From NCBI GenBank assembly GCA_002450755.1, contig DKAI01000073.1:1-46334 (forward strand): a stretch of 46,334 nt of DNA, read 5' to 3'. Position 1 is the stretch's first letter, and every line of letters starts with the position of its first letter. The stretch is from Deltaproteobacteria bacterium UBA6930. GTDB taxonomy: Bacteria > Myxococcota_A > UBA9160 > UBA6930. Position numbers and translations under genes: made by a program. Positions 17,977-27,033 of this stretch are shown here, piece after piece. The notes beneath the pieces are model-generated. The model was not told the origin of the DNA. It did no database searches and saw only the letters and a list, made by a program, of their open reading frames with translations.

Positions 17977-19131
17977 CTAAGAACGAAAAGCCTCTATAAT
18001 CAAGTCGTGTATTTTAGGCCGAAGGCCGTAATGACTTTTCTTTGATACGAGGTGAATACGATTTGAAAGGAAAACTACGATAACCTCGTTTTCGAGATCA
18101 ATCCAAAGAGATGTTCCCGTAAATCCTAAATGGCCGACACTCCTGTTGGAAAAGTATTGACCAGACGATGAGGAAATAGCTGAAGGAGTATCCCACCCCA
18201 GCGCCCAATCAGATCCTTTTGGAACACTTTGTCTTTCCAAAAACTTACGAAGGACTTCCCTCGGAAGAAGATCACTTCGATCATGCCACGTGTCCAAAAC
18301 AATCTTTCCAAACCTCATAACGTCATCTGCAGGTGCAAAAAGGCCCGCATGGCCTGCCACGCCGCCCATGGCGTATGCATTTGGATCGTGGACTTCGCCC
18401 CACAAGACTCGATCTCGCCACGAACATTCTTCCGTAGCTGCGGTCGTAGACTTTTCGTCGACAGGAATACACGAAGTATTTTCAAAACAGGCTCTATATC
18501 TGGTCTTTGTTAGCCCCAGCGGTCCGAACAGTTGTGTCGAACAAAAATCTTCAATGGATTCTCCTGACACAGCCTTTATCACCTCCCCCAGAACAATAAA
18601 ATTAAGATCCCCGTAAACAGCTGCCTCCCCTGGCTTATGTACCAACGAACTACGGAGAACTCTATCAATAATAAAGTCTCGACCCGCAGATGTAGCAATC
18701 AGGCGCTCCCCCTTTTTCCTCTCTTTATCAATTAAGAGTTCGTGAAATCCTCTCCAGGGCTTTAAACCAGAAGAATGGGTCAAAAGGTGACGGAGGGTTA
18801 CTTCTTGTTTACCGCGTTCTGAAAACGTGGGTAAGTACTTTACTACAGGATCATCGATAGAGAGATTACCCTCAGACTCTAAAAGCATAATAGAAGTAGT
18901 CGTTGCGATGGGCTTTGTTAGAGATGCGAGGTCAAAGACAGTCTGCCTCCTCATTGGTATACGCTCCGGTTTCGCAACCGCCAGCCCCCGCACTGATTCG
19001 TGTGTAAGCCATTCATTATCCCGGTGCATACAAGCTAGAACAACTGCACCCGAAGTTTCAGAAGAATCGATGGCCTTTTCTAAAGCTCGGTCGACTTTCG
19101 CAAGTTTGCGCTGGATTGCGCTATATCTCAT
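17977..19131 (-). CDS. Serine hydrolase of the beta-lactamase/transpeptidase-like superfamily (AmpH/AmiE-like)
   Basis: 384 aa. The S-x-x-K motif is FDLASLTKPIATT. Also present are LLTHSSGL, YGDLNFIVLG and HLGFTGTSLWID. It lies between ldcA and mpl. Confidence 0.78.
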   Translation of the reverse strand: MRYSAIQRKLAKVDRALEKAIDSSETSGAVVLACMHRDNEWLTHESVRGLAVAKPERIPMRRQTVFDLASLTKPIATTTSIMLLESEGNLSIDDPVVKYLPTFSERGKQEVTLRHLLTHSSGLKPWRGFHELLIDKERKKGERLIATSAGRDFIIDRVLRSSLVHKPGEAAVYGDLNFIVLGEVIKAVSGESIEDFCSTQLFGPLGLTKTRYRACFENTSCIPVDEKSTTAATEECSWRDRVLWGEVHDPNAYAMGGVAGHAGLFAPADDVMRFGKIVLDTWHDRSDLLPREVLRKFLERQSVPKGSDWALGWDTPSAISSSSGQYFSNRSVGHLGFTGTSLWIDLENEVIVVFLSNRIHLVSKKSHYGLRPKIHDLIIEAFRS

Positions 19132-19202
19132 AAGGTAATCAGCTCCATAATTCCTTATCTAACACCAAACAGTACAATGTCGCCCGCGTTTAATTAATTT
19201 AG

Positions 19203-20132
19203 TCATTTTTGAAGAACACCATTTTCAAGGAATGAAACTTCCCCTGTTCGAGCATTAATTTCGGCCTTTATTCCGAGCGGCCAGGTCCTGTTAGGCGAAT
19301 CATGGCCAAAAGGCAAATTCGTGACTACCGGAACTCCAAGAGGTGCAAACACGGCTTCGATTACTTCTTGTGCCGTGGGCTCCTCACGTTTCGAATCTAT
19401 ACAGTTAACCAAATAACCGATGCCGACTCCCACAATCGCATCAAACTTTCCTGCCGCCTTTAGCTGTTGAAGCATTCGATCAATTTGATATGGCTTCTCA
19501 TTAACCTCTTCTAATAAAAGGATTGAGCCTCTAGTATCTATTTCCCAAGAAGTGCCGAGACTGGCAACGACCATTGTTAATGACCCTCCCATCAGAGTAC
19601 CCACTGCAGTAGTGCCGGAAAGCCCGATACCCTGAAGAATTTCGTAACCTTTTCGTCCCATAAGCATGGAAATCATCGAATCGAGCTCCACATCCTCCAA
19701 TCCACCTTGTCTATCTAACATCGGAGAGTGAAAACCAACAAGCGCTGCATGTCTCCACTGCCACAGAAGCAGCGACGTAATATCGCTATAACCCGCCAAG
19801 GGCTTCTTGTTCTCGTTAAAAACTTGCGCTTCTAGATCGGGAAGAAGTCGGGTGCATCCGTAGCCTCCACGCGCGCAAATGATTCCATCTACTGAAGGGT
19901 CTCGAATAGCTTCTTTCAACTCCTCCGATCTTCTTAAATCAGTGCCGGCAAAATATTTGAACCGCTCGAATATATCTTCTCGTCTAGTAAGATTAATCCC
20001 TCTACTGGAAAGCTGTCCTTCGATGTGATTCAGCCGGTCGAACTCTACTGAAAAACTCGGCGCCACTACGGCAATAGTTGAACCTTCTTCCAGAGCATAC
20101 GGCTTGCGACCCTTGCCCACGCTGCTCACCAT
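19203..20132 (-). CDS. ldcA: LD-carboxypeptidase (peptidase S66, muramoyltetrapeptide carboxypeptidase)
   Basis: The sequence shows IAVVAPS..., ICARGGYGCTRLL, the GYSDIT nucleophile motif, LEEVNEKPYQIDRML and the LPFGH catalytic His, collinear with E. coli LdcA. I chose the ATG at 20132, 10 nt after the dnaB stop. The track ORF start at 20336 would overlap dnaB by about 190 nt. Confidence 0.8.
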   Translation of the reverse strand: MVSSVGKGRKPYALEEGSTIAVVAPSFSVEFDRLNHIEGQLSSRGINLTRREDIFERFKYFAGTDLRRSEELKEAIRDPSVDGIICARGGYGCTRLLPDLEAQVFNENKKPLAGYSDITSLLLWQWRHAALVGFHSPMLDRQGGLEDVELDSMISMLMGRKGYEILQGIGLSGTTAVGTLMGGSLTMVVASLGTSWEIDTRGSILLLEEVNEKPYQIDRMLQQLKAAGKFDAIVGVGIGYLVNCIDSKREEPTAQEVIEAVFAPLGVPVVTNLPFGHDSPNRTWPLGIKAEINARTGEVSFLENGVLQK

Positions 20133-20142
20133 CCCACCATAA

Positions 20143-21741
20143 CTAGAATGGTGGGTCCTCATCAAAAGGTTCAGTTGAAACCCCTTTCGAAAAGACGGGG
20201 GAGTCATCTGGTCCAACAAAAGTCTGGCCAACGTTGGACGGGTCATCTTCGCGACCCGTCCAATTATCGAACCGGGCGTATCGCCCTTCAAAGTGCAGTT
20301 TGACGGTACCAGTAGGACCATTCCGCTGCTTCTCAACTATTAACTCTGCCAAGGCAGCGTCCGCTTCTTTGTTATAAACGTGATCTCTGTAGATAAAGGC
20401 AATTAGATCGGCATCCTGTTCTATGGCACCAGATTCACGAAGGTCTCCTAGCCTAGGTCTCCTTTTGTCTGGATCTCTCTGCTCGGGGCCTCTGTTTAAT
20501 TGAGATAAAGCTACGACTGGAATCTCCAGTTCCTTTGCAAGTGCCTTCAAACCCTTACTGATCTCTGCAATCTCGAGATCTTTTCGATCGCGCCGGTTCT
20601 CATCACCTCTAGCCAGTTGCAGATAGTCAACAATGACCAGATCCAGTCCACTCTCGGCATTCAGTCGTCGACATTTAGACTTAATTTCCTGAAGAGAAAT
20701 ATCGCCACTATCATCAATCCACAAGTCTGCCCTACTAAGATTATCCCCTGCACGAGTCAACTTCGTAAAATCCCGCGTGGGAAGATAGGAGGAACGAAAC
20801 GCAGAGAAATCCACTCGGGCCTCGGAAGAAAGCAACCGTAGGATCAAAGAGCGTGTCGTCATTTCTAGGGAGAAAACAGCCACCTTCCTCCCGTCTTCAA
20901 TCGATGCATTGCGGGCAACATTGAGAGCCAGAGCAGTCTTGCCCATACTCGGTCGAGCAGCGATCACGACCAGCTCTCCTGCTTGGAGCCCTCCTGTCAT
21001 CTTGTCTAAATCTTCGTAGCCAGTCGGCACTCCTGTAAGACCACCACCTCGATTCATTATTGCTTCGACGTAGTCAAACGTGTCGTCCATTTCATCACGG
21101 AGTCTGATGAAACTTGTGCGACTTTGTCCTTGACTCAAGTCAAGAATTTTCCCTTCCGCCGAATCCAAAAGTTCTTGGGAAGCGCCTTCTTCGACAAATC
21201 CCTCCTCAACTATCTCAGTAGCAACCGATATCAAGCGTCGCTTAACGCTCTTGTCTCGGACGATCTGCGCGTGATGGACGACATTGGCCGCAGTTGCTTC
21301 AAAATCCGCGATCTCTGCGAGAAAAACTGGTCCTCCAATCGAGTCTAGAATTCCCTTTGTAGAGAGATGCTCTGACAGTGTGATCAGATCGACTGGCTTA
21401 CCGGCTTCGTGGATTGATAAGATTGCCTTAAACAAGGCCATGTTGCTGGGGTGGTAGAAATCTTCGCCCGACACCTCCAAGGTGACATCGTGGAGATATC
21501 TATTATCTAAGAGGAGAGCCGAAAGAACAGACCGCTCGGCATCTATGTCATGAGGAGGAACGCGTCCGCCCCCTGACCGCTCCGCGAAAGAGGTCGGTGC
21601 CCCTCGACGTCCATCGTTGCGAGAAAACGAAGAGGACTCTCGCGTGGGCCTTCTGGTTGTCCCAGCATCGGCCGGATCCGCATGGTCTTTGGCCATATCG
21701 TCATCCCCTGTCCCAGCAAGGCCTTTCGTTATTCGCTCCAT
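20143..21741 (-). CDS. dnaB: Replicative DNA helicase DnaB, with disordered N- and C-terminal extensions
   Basis: 532 aa. The sequence shows PPHDIDAERSVLSALLLDN, Walker A AARPSMGKTALALN, LSLEMT, VIVDYLQL, SQLNRGPEQR, RESGAIEQDADL and KQRNGPTG. An alternative start is the ATG at 21696 (GGGGA upstream). The C-terminus ends ...TEPFDEDPPF. Confidence 0.92.
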   Translation of the reverse strand: MERITKGLAGTGDDDMAKDHADPADAGTTRRPTRESSSFSRNDGRRGAPTSFAERSGGGRVPPHDIDAERSVLSALLLDNRYLHDVTLEVSGEDFYHPSNMALFKAILSIHEAGKPVDLITLSEHLSTKGILDSIGGPVFLAEIADFEATAANVVHHAQIVRDKSVKRRLISVATEIVEEGFVEEGASQELLDSAEGKILDLSQGQSRTSFIRLRDEMDDTFDYVEAIMNRGGGLTGVPTGYEDLDKMTGGLQAGELVVIAARPSMGKTALALNVARNASIEDGRKVAVFSLEMTTRSLILRLLSSEARVDFSAFRSSYLPTRDFTKLTRAGDNLSRADLWIDDSGDISLQEIKSKCRRLNAESGLDLVIVDYLQLARGDENRRDRKDLEIAEISKGLKALAKELEIPVVALSQLNRGPEQRDPDKRRPRLGDLRESGAIEQDADLIAFIYRDHVYNKEADAALAELIVEKQRNGPTGTVKLHFEGRYARFDNWTGREDDPSNVGQTFVGPDDSPVFSKGVSTEPFDEDPPF

Positions 21742-21806
21742 CGCGAAATCAGCAAGGCCGATTAGGCTCCCCCTGTTACGCCACTATCGAAGTATACGCG
21801 CCTGGC

Positions 21807-22259
21807 TCAGGTTGCCGCGGTGACGCTCAACTTCACCTTCGCGACAACCTCTTTGTGGAGTTGAACCTCAACCTCATAGTCTCCTATCGTCTTAACGGAT
21901 CCAAGTTTAATTTTTCTTCGATCGACGATCACTCCCTTCTCAGCAAGCAGGTCAACAACATTTGCCGAAGTCACCGAACCAAACAGCTTGCCTTCCTCCC
22001 CTGCCTGAGCAACCACCTCGATCTCAATCGCCTCAACCTTGGACTTCTCCGCGCGAAGCTCCTTTAGAGCTCTCGCCTTTTTCGCAGCAATTACTTCGCG
22101 ATTATGTTCTAGTTCTTTTAATCGAGAATCGGTTGCGGAAAGTGCTTTACCTTTTGGTAACAAATAATTGCGCGCGTGCCCGGGCTTCACGGAAACCAAA
22201 TCGCCCGCTTCACCTAAGTTCTGTACGTCTTCTTGAAGAATAACTTTTACGTGGCTCAT
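21807..22259 (-). CDS. rplI: 50S ribosomal protein L9
   Basis: 150 aa. The sequence shows MSHVKVILQEDVQNLGEAGDLVSVKPGHARNYLLPKGKA..., the canonical L9 N-terminus. It sits upstream of dnaB, as in many bacteria. Confidence 0.95.
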   Translation of the reverse strand: MSHVKVILQEDVQNLGEAGDLVSVKPGHARNYLLPKGKALSATDSRLKELEHNREVIAAKKARALKELRAEKSKVEAIEIEVVAQAGEEGKLFGSVTSANVVDLLAEKGVIVDRRKIKLGSVKTIGDYEVEVQLHKEVVAKVKLSVTAAT

Positions 22260-22294
22260 ATCGCCTCCTAAGCTCCCTTACAGCAGATTTGCTC

Positions 22295-22615
22295 CTAAAT
22301 ATGGCCCGGAGCGTATGGCAGCAACGCAAGTTGACGCGCGCGTTTTATTGCCAGAGTAATCTCACGTTGTTGCTTTGCAGTATTCCCCGATATTCTCCTC
22401 GGGATTATCTTGCCAGTCTCCGTTAAGAAAAGACGAAGAAGCTTGGGGTCCTTGTAATCTACAACAAGATTTTTGTCCTGTGACAAACGAGAAACCTTTT
22501 TCCGCTCCTTCGTCCCGTTGGCTTTTGCTTGCTTTCTCGCCCTCTTCCTTGCCTTTGCCCTCAGCCTGGCCTTCGGAGACATCGGCCCCCTGCGTTCTCT
22601 CTCTTCTCGATTCAT
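22295..22615 (-). CDS. rpsR: 30S ribosomal protein S18 with a Lys/Arg-rich N-terminal extension of about 35 aa
   Basis: 106 aa. The core [50 protein letters not shown] matches S18. The ATG overlaps the rpsF TGA stop (caATGAatc). Confidence 0.93.
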   Translation of the reverse strand: MNREERERRGPMSPKARLRAKARKRARKQAKANGTKERKKVSRLSQDKNLVVDYKDPKLLRLFLTETGKIIPRRISGNTAKQQREITLAIKRARQLALLPYAPGHI

Positions 22616-23157
22616 TGTACTTTCTCCTCGGATTCCGTTGATTCGTCCTGTGCCGTTTCATCAAAATCGACTGATTCAACATCCTCAGTGACCGCCCTAG
22701 CCTCTTCTTCAAAATTTTCCTGGTCGGCCCGGGCCTCCTGAGCAAGTCGCTCATGTTCCTCTCGAGCAGCCCGTTCTTCGGCCTCGCGTTCTGCCCTTTC
22801 CGCGGCGCGTTCGGCCCGTTCTTTTTCTTCAACTAACGCTGACTGCTTGCGCTCTTCAATATCCTCTACGTCGTCCGCAAGACGCACGGTAAGAAATCGA
22901 AGAATCGATTCATCCAAACGCAAAGAACGTTCAATTTCAGAAACGGATTTCCCTTCGTCCAAATAATGAAGGCAAAGGTATCTGCCTTTTTGGAAGCCCT
23001 TGATCTCGTAAGCCAACTTTCGTTTACCATCATCATCGTAGAGCAGACGGACTCCACCATTTTGTTCCAGGAGCTCATCTAGGCGTTCACAAATTGCCTT
23101 GCAGCCCTCCTCAGAAATTTCGGGCTGAACGATAAATGTAGTTTCAAACTCGCGCAC
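22612..23157 (-). CDS. rpsF: 30S ribosomal protein S6 with a long acidic C-terminal tail
   Basis: The S6 core is [17 protein letters not shown]...[30 protein letters not shown] place the start at the GTG at 23157 because a perfect AGGAGG lies 6 nt upstream (ccAGGAGGaaacgaGTG). That start gives the typical M-R-E-F-E N-terminus. The track start at 23208 adds 17 atypical residues. Confidence 0.9.
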   Translation of the reverse strand: MREFETTFIVQPEISEEGCKAICERLDELLEQNGGVRLLYDDDGKRKLAYEIKGFQKGRYLCLHYLDEGKSVSEIERSLRLDESILRFLTVRLADDVEDIEERKQSALVEEKERAERAAERAEREAEERAAREEHERLAQEARADQENFEEEARAVTEDVESVDFDETAQDESTESEEKVQ

Positions 23158-23172
23158 TCGTTTCCTCCTGGT

Positions 23173-23191
23173 CAAAAGGTCAAGCCTTTTG
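23173..23191 (-). promoter_or_regulatory. Hairpin in the rpsF 5' leader, immediately upstream of the Shine-Dalgarno sequence; a candidate autoregulatory element
   Basis: On the coding (minus) strand the sequence is CAAAAGG-cttga-CCTTTTG, a perfect 7-bp stem with a 5-nt loop. It ends 2 nt before the AGGAGG of rpsF. Function is not established. Confidence 0.3.
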
Positions 23192-23367
23192 GGCCTCCAG
23201 TACGCCAAGCAAGAGAACCAAACTAGTAAGGTTCTTGTACTCTTCGCTTAACCAGCGTGCGAGGGCGATTCTCGGACGCATTAGAGACCAAGGCGAGGGC
23301 GCTTTCGCCCCCGGTTATTGTTAGGTGGTCGACTTATGCCTTCGAGCGACGAGCCCGACGGATAATC

Positions 23368-23970
23368 TCACCGTTTGACCAGCGAGAGTAACAAAACATG
23401 GACTCTCGTGTCCAAGGTAAGCTCGGGATGAAAGGTCGCTGCAAGTACTTTTCCTTGCCTGACCAAAACAGGGGCTTCCTTTACTCTAAGCAATACTTCT
23501 ACCTCCGAACCCAGATCTATGAGCTTTGGAGCCCTAATAAAGACACATTTTAGATCCTGAAGGTCCGCACACTTTTCTGTCCCTAGGTCGGGAAAGCTTG
23601 AAAACGAGTCCACTTGAGTCCCATAGGCATTTCGGACAGCTGTGACATTTAAAGCCCCAATCGTCTCGAAAGAAGAGTCACTTTCTCTGGCGACCACCCG
23701 CGACGCGAGCAGAATCGCACCGGCACAGGTGCCTAAAACTGGCCGACCGGTCGCCACGAAGTCTCGGATTGGTTGATATAGACTCTGCCTTGTTAGCCCA
23801 CGCGAAATCGTAGTGCTTTCCCCACCAGGCAATATTAACGCCGATAGAGGAGCTAGATCACTCTTCCACAGGACTCGTACCGGCTCGCAGTTGATCGACG
23901 CGAGACATTTTGCATGAGCCTCGAAGTCTCCTTGAATCGCGACAACTCCTACCTTCAACTTTTCAGGCAA
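23368..23970 (-). CDS. pdxT: Pyridoxal 5'-phosphate synthase, glutaminase subunit
   Basis: 200 aa. The sequence shows KVGVVAIQGDFEAH..., LILPGGESTT, the GTCAG catalytic Cys and ATFHPEL. It lies directly downstream of pdxS. The track gives a TTG start at 23970; a TTG at 23958 (MKVGVV) is equally plausible. Confidence 0.9.
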   Translation of the reverse strand: MPEKLKVGVVAIQGDFEAHAKCLASINCEPVRVLWKSDLAPLSALILPGGESTTISRGLTRQSLYQPIRDFVATGRPVLGTCAGAILLASRVVARESDSSFETIGALNVTAVRNAYGTQVDSFSSFPDLGTEKCADLQDLKCVFIRAPKLIDLGSEVEVLLRVKEAPVLVRQGKVLAATFHPELTLDTRVHVLLLSLVKR

Positions 23971-23979
23971 AGAGAATCT

Positions 23980-24891
23980 CTACCAACCTCGGTTGGCCAG
24001 CCGCTCAGACTCTTTCAAAGTACTGAGTTCTATTCCAGGCATCGCCTCTCCCAGTCCGCGAGATGCGTTAAGTACCTCTCCCGGATCTCTCCAGTGAGTC
24101 GTCGCGTGAACGACAGCCTTAGCTCGTGCAGAGGGATCCGCACTTTTGAAGATTCCTGAGCCCACAAAAACAGCCTCTGCCCCTAGAGCCATGCAGAGCG
24201 CGGCGTCAGCAGGAGTGGCAATCCCTCCAGCGGCAAAGTTAGGCACCGGAAGCCCTTGTTTATCTGCCACCTCCTTCACTAGAGCCAAAGGGGCCTGAAG
24301 TTCTTTTGCAGCACTCGGCATTTCCTCGGGCAGAAGAGCAGCTAGAGCCCTGATATCTCCATTCAACTGGCGCAGGTGCCTTACGGCCTCCACGATATTC
24401 CCACTTCCGGCCTCACCTTTGGTGCGAATCATCGCCGCTCCTTCGGAAATTCGTCGCAGCGCCTCCCCAAGATTGCGGGCTCCACACACGAATGGAGACC
24501 TAAAAGGGGCCTTGTCCACATGGTGAGCCTCATCTGCCGGAGTCAAAACTTCACTCTCATCGATGAAATCCACTCCGAGCTCGTCCAGGATTTGCGCCTC
24601 AGCAAAATGTCCTATTCGTACCTTCGCCATAACCGGAATCGACACCGACTTCTGGATTCCTTCGATTATCTCGACGCTACACATCCGGGCAACGCCGCCA
24701 TCGCGTCTAATATCGGACGGTACTCGCTCAAGGGCCATTACGGCCGAGGCCCCAGATTCTTCGGCCACTTTTGCCTCGTCAGGGGTCGTCACGTCCATTA
24801 TGACACCACCTTTAAGCATCTCGGCGAGTCCAATTTTGATTTCTAGCGATCGAGCTCTGATATCTTCGTTACCCGTGTTCCTTTGATTCAT
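23980..24891 (-). CDS. pdxS: Pyridoxal 5'-phosphate synthase, lyase subunit
   Basis: The sequence shows [50 protein letters not shown]..., MAKVRIGHF..., [10 protein letters not shown] and [15 protein letters not shown] use the ATG at 24891 (cAGGAGGAccgATG). The track start at 24933 adds 14 non-conserved residues. Confidence 0.93.
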   Translation of the reverse strand: MNQRNTGNEDIRARSLEIKIGLAEMLKGGVIMDVTTPDEAKVAEESGASAVMALERVPSDIRRDGGVARMCSVEIIEGIQKSVSIPVMAKVRIGHFAEAQILDELGVDFIDESEVLTPADEAHHVDKAPFRSPFVCGARNLGEALRRISEGAAMIRTKGEAGSGNIVEAVRHLRQLNGDIRALAALLPEEMPSAAKELQAPLALVKEVADKQGLPVPNFAAGGIATPADAALCMALGAEAVFVGSGIFKSADPSARAKAVVHATTHWRDPGEVLNASRGLGEAMPGIELSTLKESERLANRGW

Positions 24892-24950
24892 CGGTCCTCC
24901 TGAGAAACAACCAAACTGTCGTAGCGGCGCCAAGGCAGTGTGGTGTGAAC

Positions 24951-26303
24951 TTAATAGCCCTTAGCCGGCAAAGCGCGTCTCAGTATCGAGAGTCCGATCA
25001 CTGTCGCCGCCAAGGAACCCACGAGAATTCCAATCTTACTACCTGCGATATGCGCGGGCTCGTTAAATGCGAGCACCGTAATAAAAAGAGCTACTGTGAA
25101 TCCTATTCCAGCGAGCATACCGGTTGCAAAAAGACTAGACCAGTTAACACCCGCCGGAAGACTGGCAAAGCCTAATCGTACGGCTAGATAGGAGAATACG
25201 GAAATTCCCAACGGCTTGCCGACTACAAGACCAAGAAAAACGGCAATTGCGACATTCGTTGATTCCGCATTGTCCAGCATACCGGCCTCGAAAACCACAC
25301 CGGCATTCGCCAAAGCAAAAACTGGCATAATGCCGAAAGCAACCCACCGCTCTAATCTATGCATGAGGAAATCAAGAGGTGAGAGGGACAGTCTACCCAC
25401 CACCTCTAAAGTGCGTATCGCTTCATTGCGATGATGGCCACCTGGGTCCGGATCATCCCTCCTTCTCAACGAATGTCGAAGGTCCTCTGCAGCCTTACGT
25501 GAAACGTCAGCCAACGTCTCTTTATCGTCGTCCCCATCTGAGGCAGTAGGCGTAAGAAAACCTAGAAGAACACCAGCAACCGTCGCATGAATTCCGGAAT
25601 GATGAGTTTCAAACCAAATAAATGCACCAACTAAAACGTATAAGGCGAAGGACCTAAAGCCAGCCTTGTTGAGTCCAAAACAAACTATGCAGCCGACTGC
25701 AGCCCAACCTAAGGAACCCAGATGTAGTTCAGCTGTGTAGAACAATGCGATCACTGCAACTGCGCCCAGATCATCTGCGATAGCAAGCGCTAAAAGAAAG
25801 ACCCGCAGTCCAGGAGGAACTCGACTACCCAAAAGCGACAGTGCCGCGACTGCAAATGCGATATCGGTTGCCATGGGTACGCCCCAACCGCTTTCGGTTG
25901 GTTGTCCTAAATGAAAAGCCAAATAGATGCCAGCCGGGACTACCATCCCACCTAACGCTCCTGCAACCGGTAGCATCGCTTTTTGCCGCGACGAGAGTTG
26001 ACCAAGAACAAGTTCCCGCTTGATTTCCATGCCAACAACAAAAAAGAAAATTGCCATGAGACCATCGTTCACCCACTGGCCCAACGTCAGGGATAAATGA
26101 AACTCTTCTCCAACAGAAAATGCGATTGGAGTATTCCAAATTAGACCGTAGGTATGACCAATCGGTGAATTAGCCCAAATCAGGGCGGTGAGCGTCATTC
26201 CCAAAAGAACTAGCGCGCTAGACGCCTCAATTTCCATAAAGCGTATGAATGGTCTCTTGATCCTGTGAGCTATAAAGCTGCCCGTGCTTGGCATATGAAA
26301 CAT
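24951..26303 (-). CDS. nhaA: Na+/H+ antiporter NhaA
   Basis: The protein is collinear with E. coli NhaA: [71 protein letters not shown] and [12 protein letters not shown] chose the ATG at 26303. The track start at 26474 would overlap rplY by about 145 nt. Confidence 0.9.
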   Translation of the reverse strand: MFHMPSTGSFIAHRIKRPFIRFMEIEASSALVLLGMTLTALIWANSPIGHTYGLIWNTPIAFSVGEEFHLSLTLGQWVNDGLMAIFFFVVGMEIKRELVLGQLSSRQKAMLPVAGALGGMVVPAGIYLAFHLGQPTESGWGVPMATDIAFAVAALSLLGSRVPPGLRVFLLALAIADDLGAVAVIALFYTAELHLGSLGWAAVGCIVCFGLNKAGFRSFALYVLVGAFIWFETHHSGIHATVAGVLLGFLTPTASDGDDDKETLADVSRKAAEDLRHSLRRRDDPDPGGHHRNEAIRTLEVVGRLSLSPLDFLMHRLERWVAFGIMPVFALANAGVVFEAGMLDNAESTNVAIAVFLGLVVGKPLGISVFSYLAVRLGFASLPAGVNWSSLFATGMLAGIGFTVALFITVLAFNEPAHIAGSKIGILVGSLAATVIGLSILRRALPAKGY

Positions 26304-26328
26304 ATGATTCTCTCTAGACGAAAACGAC

Positions 26329-26994
26329 CTAGTCGCCCTCTCCCCCCTGAGATTTTTCGCCCTCTTCCGAGGAAGAGTCATCACCCTCGGAGGTTGCCTC
26401 TGCATCCTCAACCTCCGTCTCGACGGGAGTCGCTTCAACGGTTGGCGCTTCAACGTTAGCAACGGACAAGTCAAGATCGCTTAGGACCGTTACTCCAGCG
26501 GGCACAGAAACATCCCTGACATGGATAGAATCTCCAATCTCCAGCTCGCTAATATCAACCTCTAAAGATCCTGGAATTTCCCGCGGGAGGCATAGAATGT
26601 CAATTTCGCGCACGGGGTGATCAACAATTCCCCCAAAATCAGCGCCCTTCGCCCTTCCCAGAAAATGGAGAGGCACCATCACTTCTACTGGCTTGCTCAT
26701 ATCTACTTCATAAAAATCAGCGTGCAAATAACTACCGCGAACTGGGTCTCTTTGGAGCTCCTTAATCAGTACAACTGAATCAGAGCCTTCCAAATCAAGG
26801 TCAATAAGGGTATTCATACCCGATCCGCTGCCATGCAAAACGCGCTCTAGGGATCTTGGATCAATGGTAATAGCCCTGTTCCCTGACTGCGACCCGTACA
26901 ACACCGCGGGAATCAGACCCTCGGCGCGAATCTTGCGAGCTACCCCTTTTCCCGTCGTCCCTCTCATCTTTGCTTGTAAACTATTTTCGCCCAC
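26329..26994 (-). CDS. rplY: 50S ribosomal protein L25 / general stress protein Ctc, with an acidic C-terminal tail
   Basis: 221 aa. The sequence shows RGTTGKGVARKIRAEGLIPAVLYG...VLIKELQRDPVRGSYLHADFYEV...VPLHFLG. It lies downstream of prs, the conserved arrangement. Confidence 0.9.
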   Translation of the reverse strand: MGENSLQAKMRGTTGKGVARKIRAEGLIPAVLYGSQSGNRAITIDPRSLERVLHGSGSGMNTLIDLDLEGSDSVVLIKELQRDPVRGSYLHADFYEVDMSKPVEVMVPLHFLGRAKGADFGGIVDHPVREIDILCLPREIPGSLEVDISELEIGDSIHVRDVSVPAGVTVLSDLDLSVANVEAPTVEATPVETEVEDAEATSEGDDSSSEEGEKSQGGEGD

Positions 26995-27033
26995 GAAAAC
27001 CTTCCTATCGGTTCTTAATTTTTAGTTAGTCTG

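Noticed and set aside
20133-20336. Long N-terminal extensions of track ORFs that overlap the upstream gene: ldcA into dnaB, nhaA 26304..26474 into rplY, prs 27973..28041, pdxS 24892..24933, pup 44904..44969 and rpsF 23158..23208.
   Set aside because: In each case an internal start with a better SD sequence and/or a canonical family N-terminus removes the overlap. The extensions are non-conserved-looking sequence and are not evidence of overlapping genes.
22362-22832. A cluster of overlapping alternative-frame ORFs (156, 88, 72 and 70 aa) across the rpsR/rpsF junction.
   Set aside because: They arise from the repetitive GAA/GAG/AAG/GCC codon composition that encodes the charged tails of S6 and S18. 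Their products are low-complexity, and the S6 and S18 frames are unambiguous.
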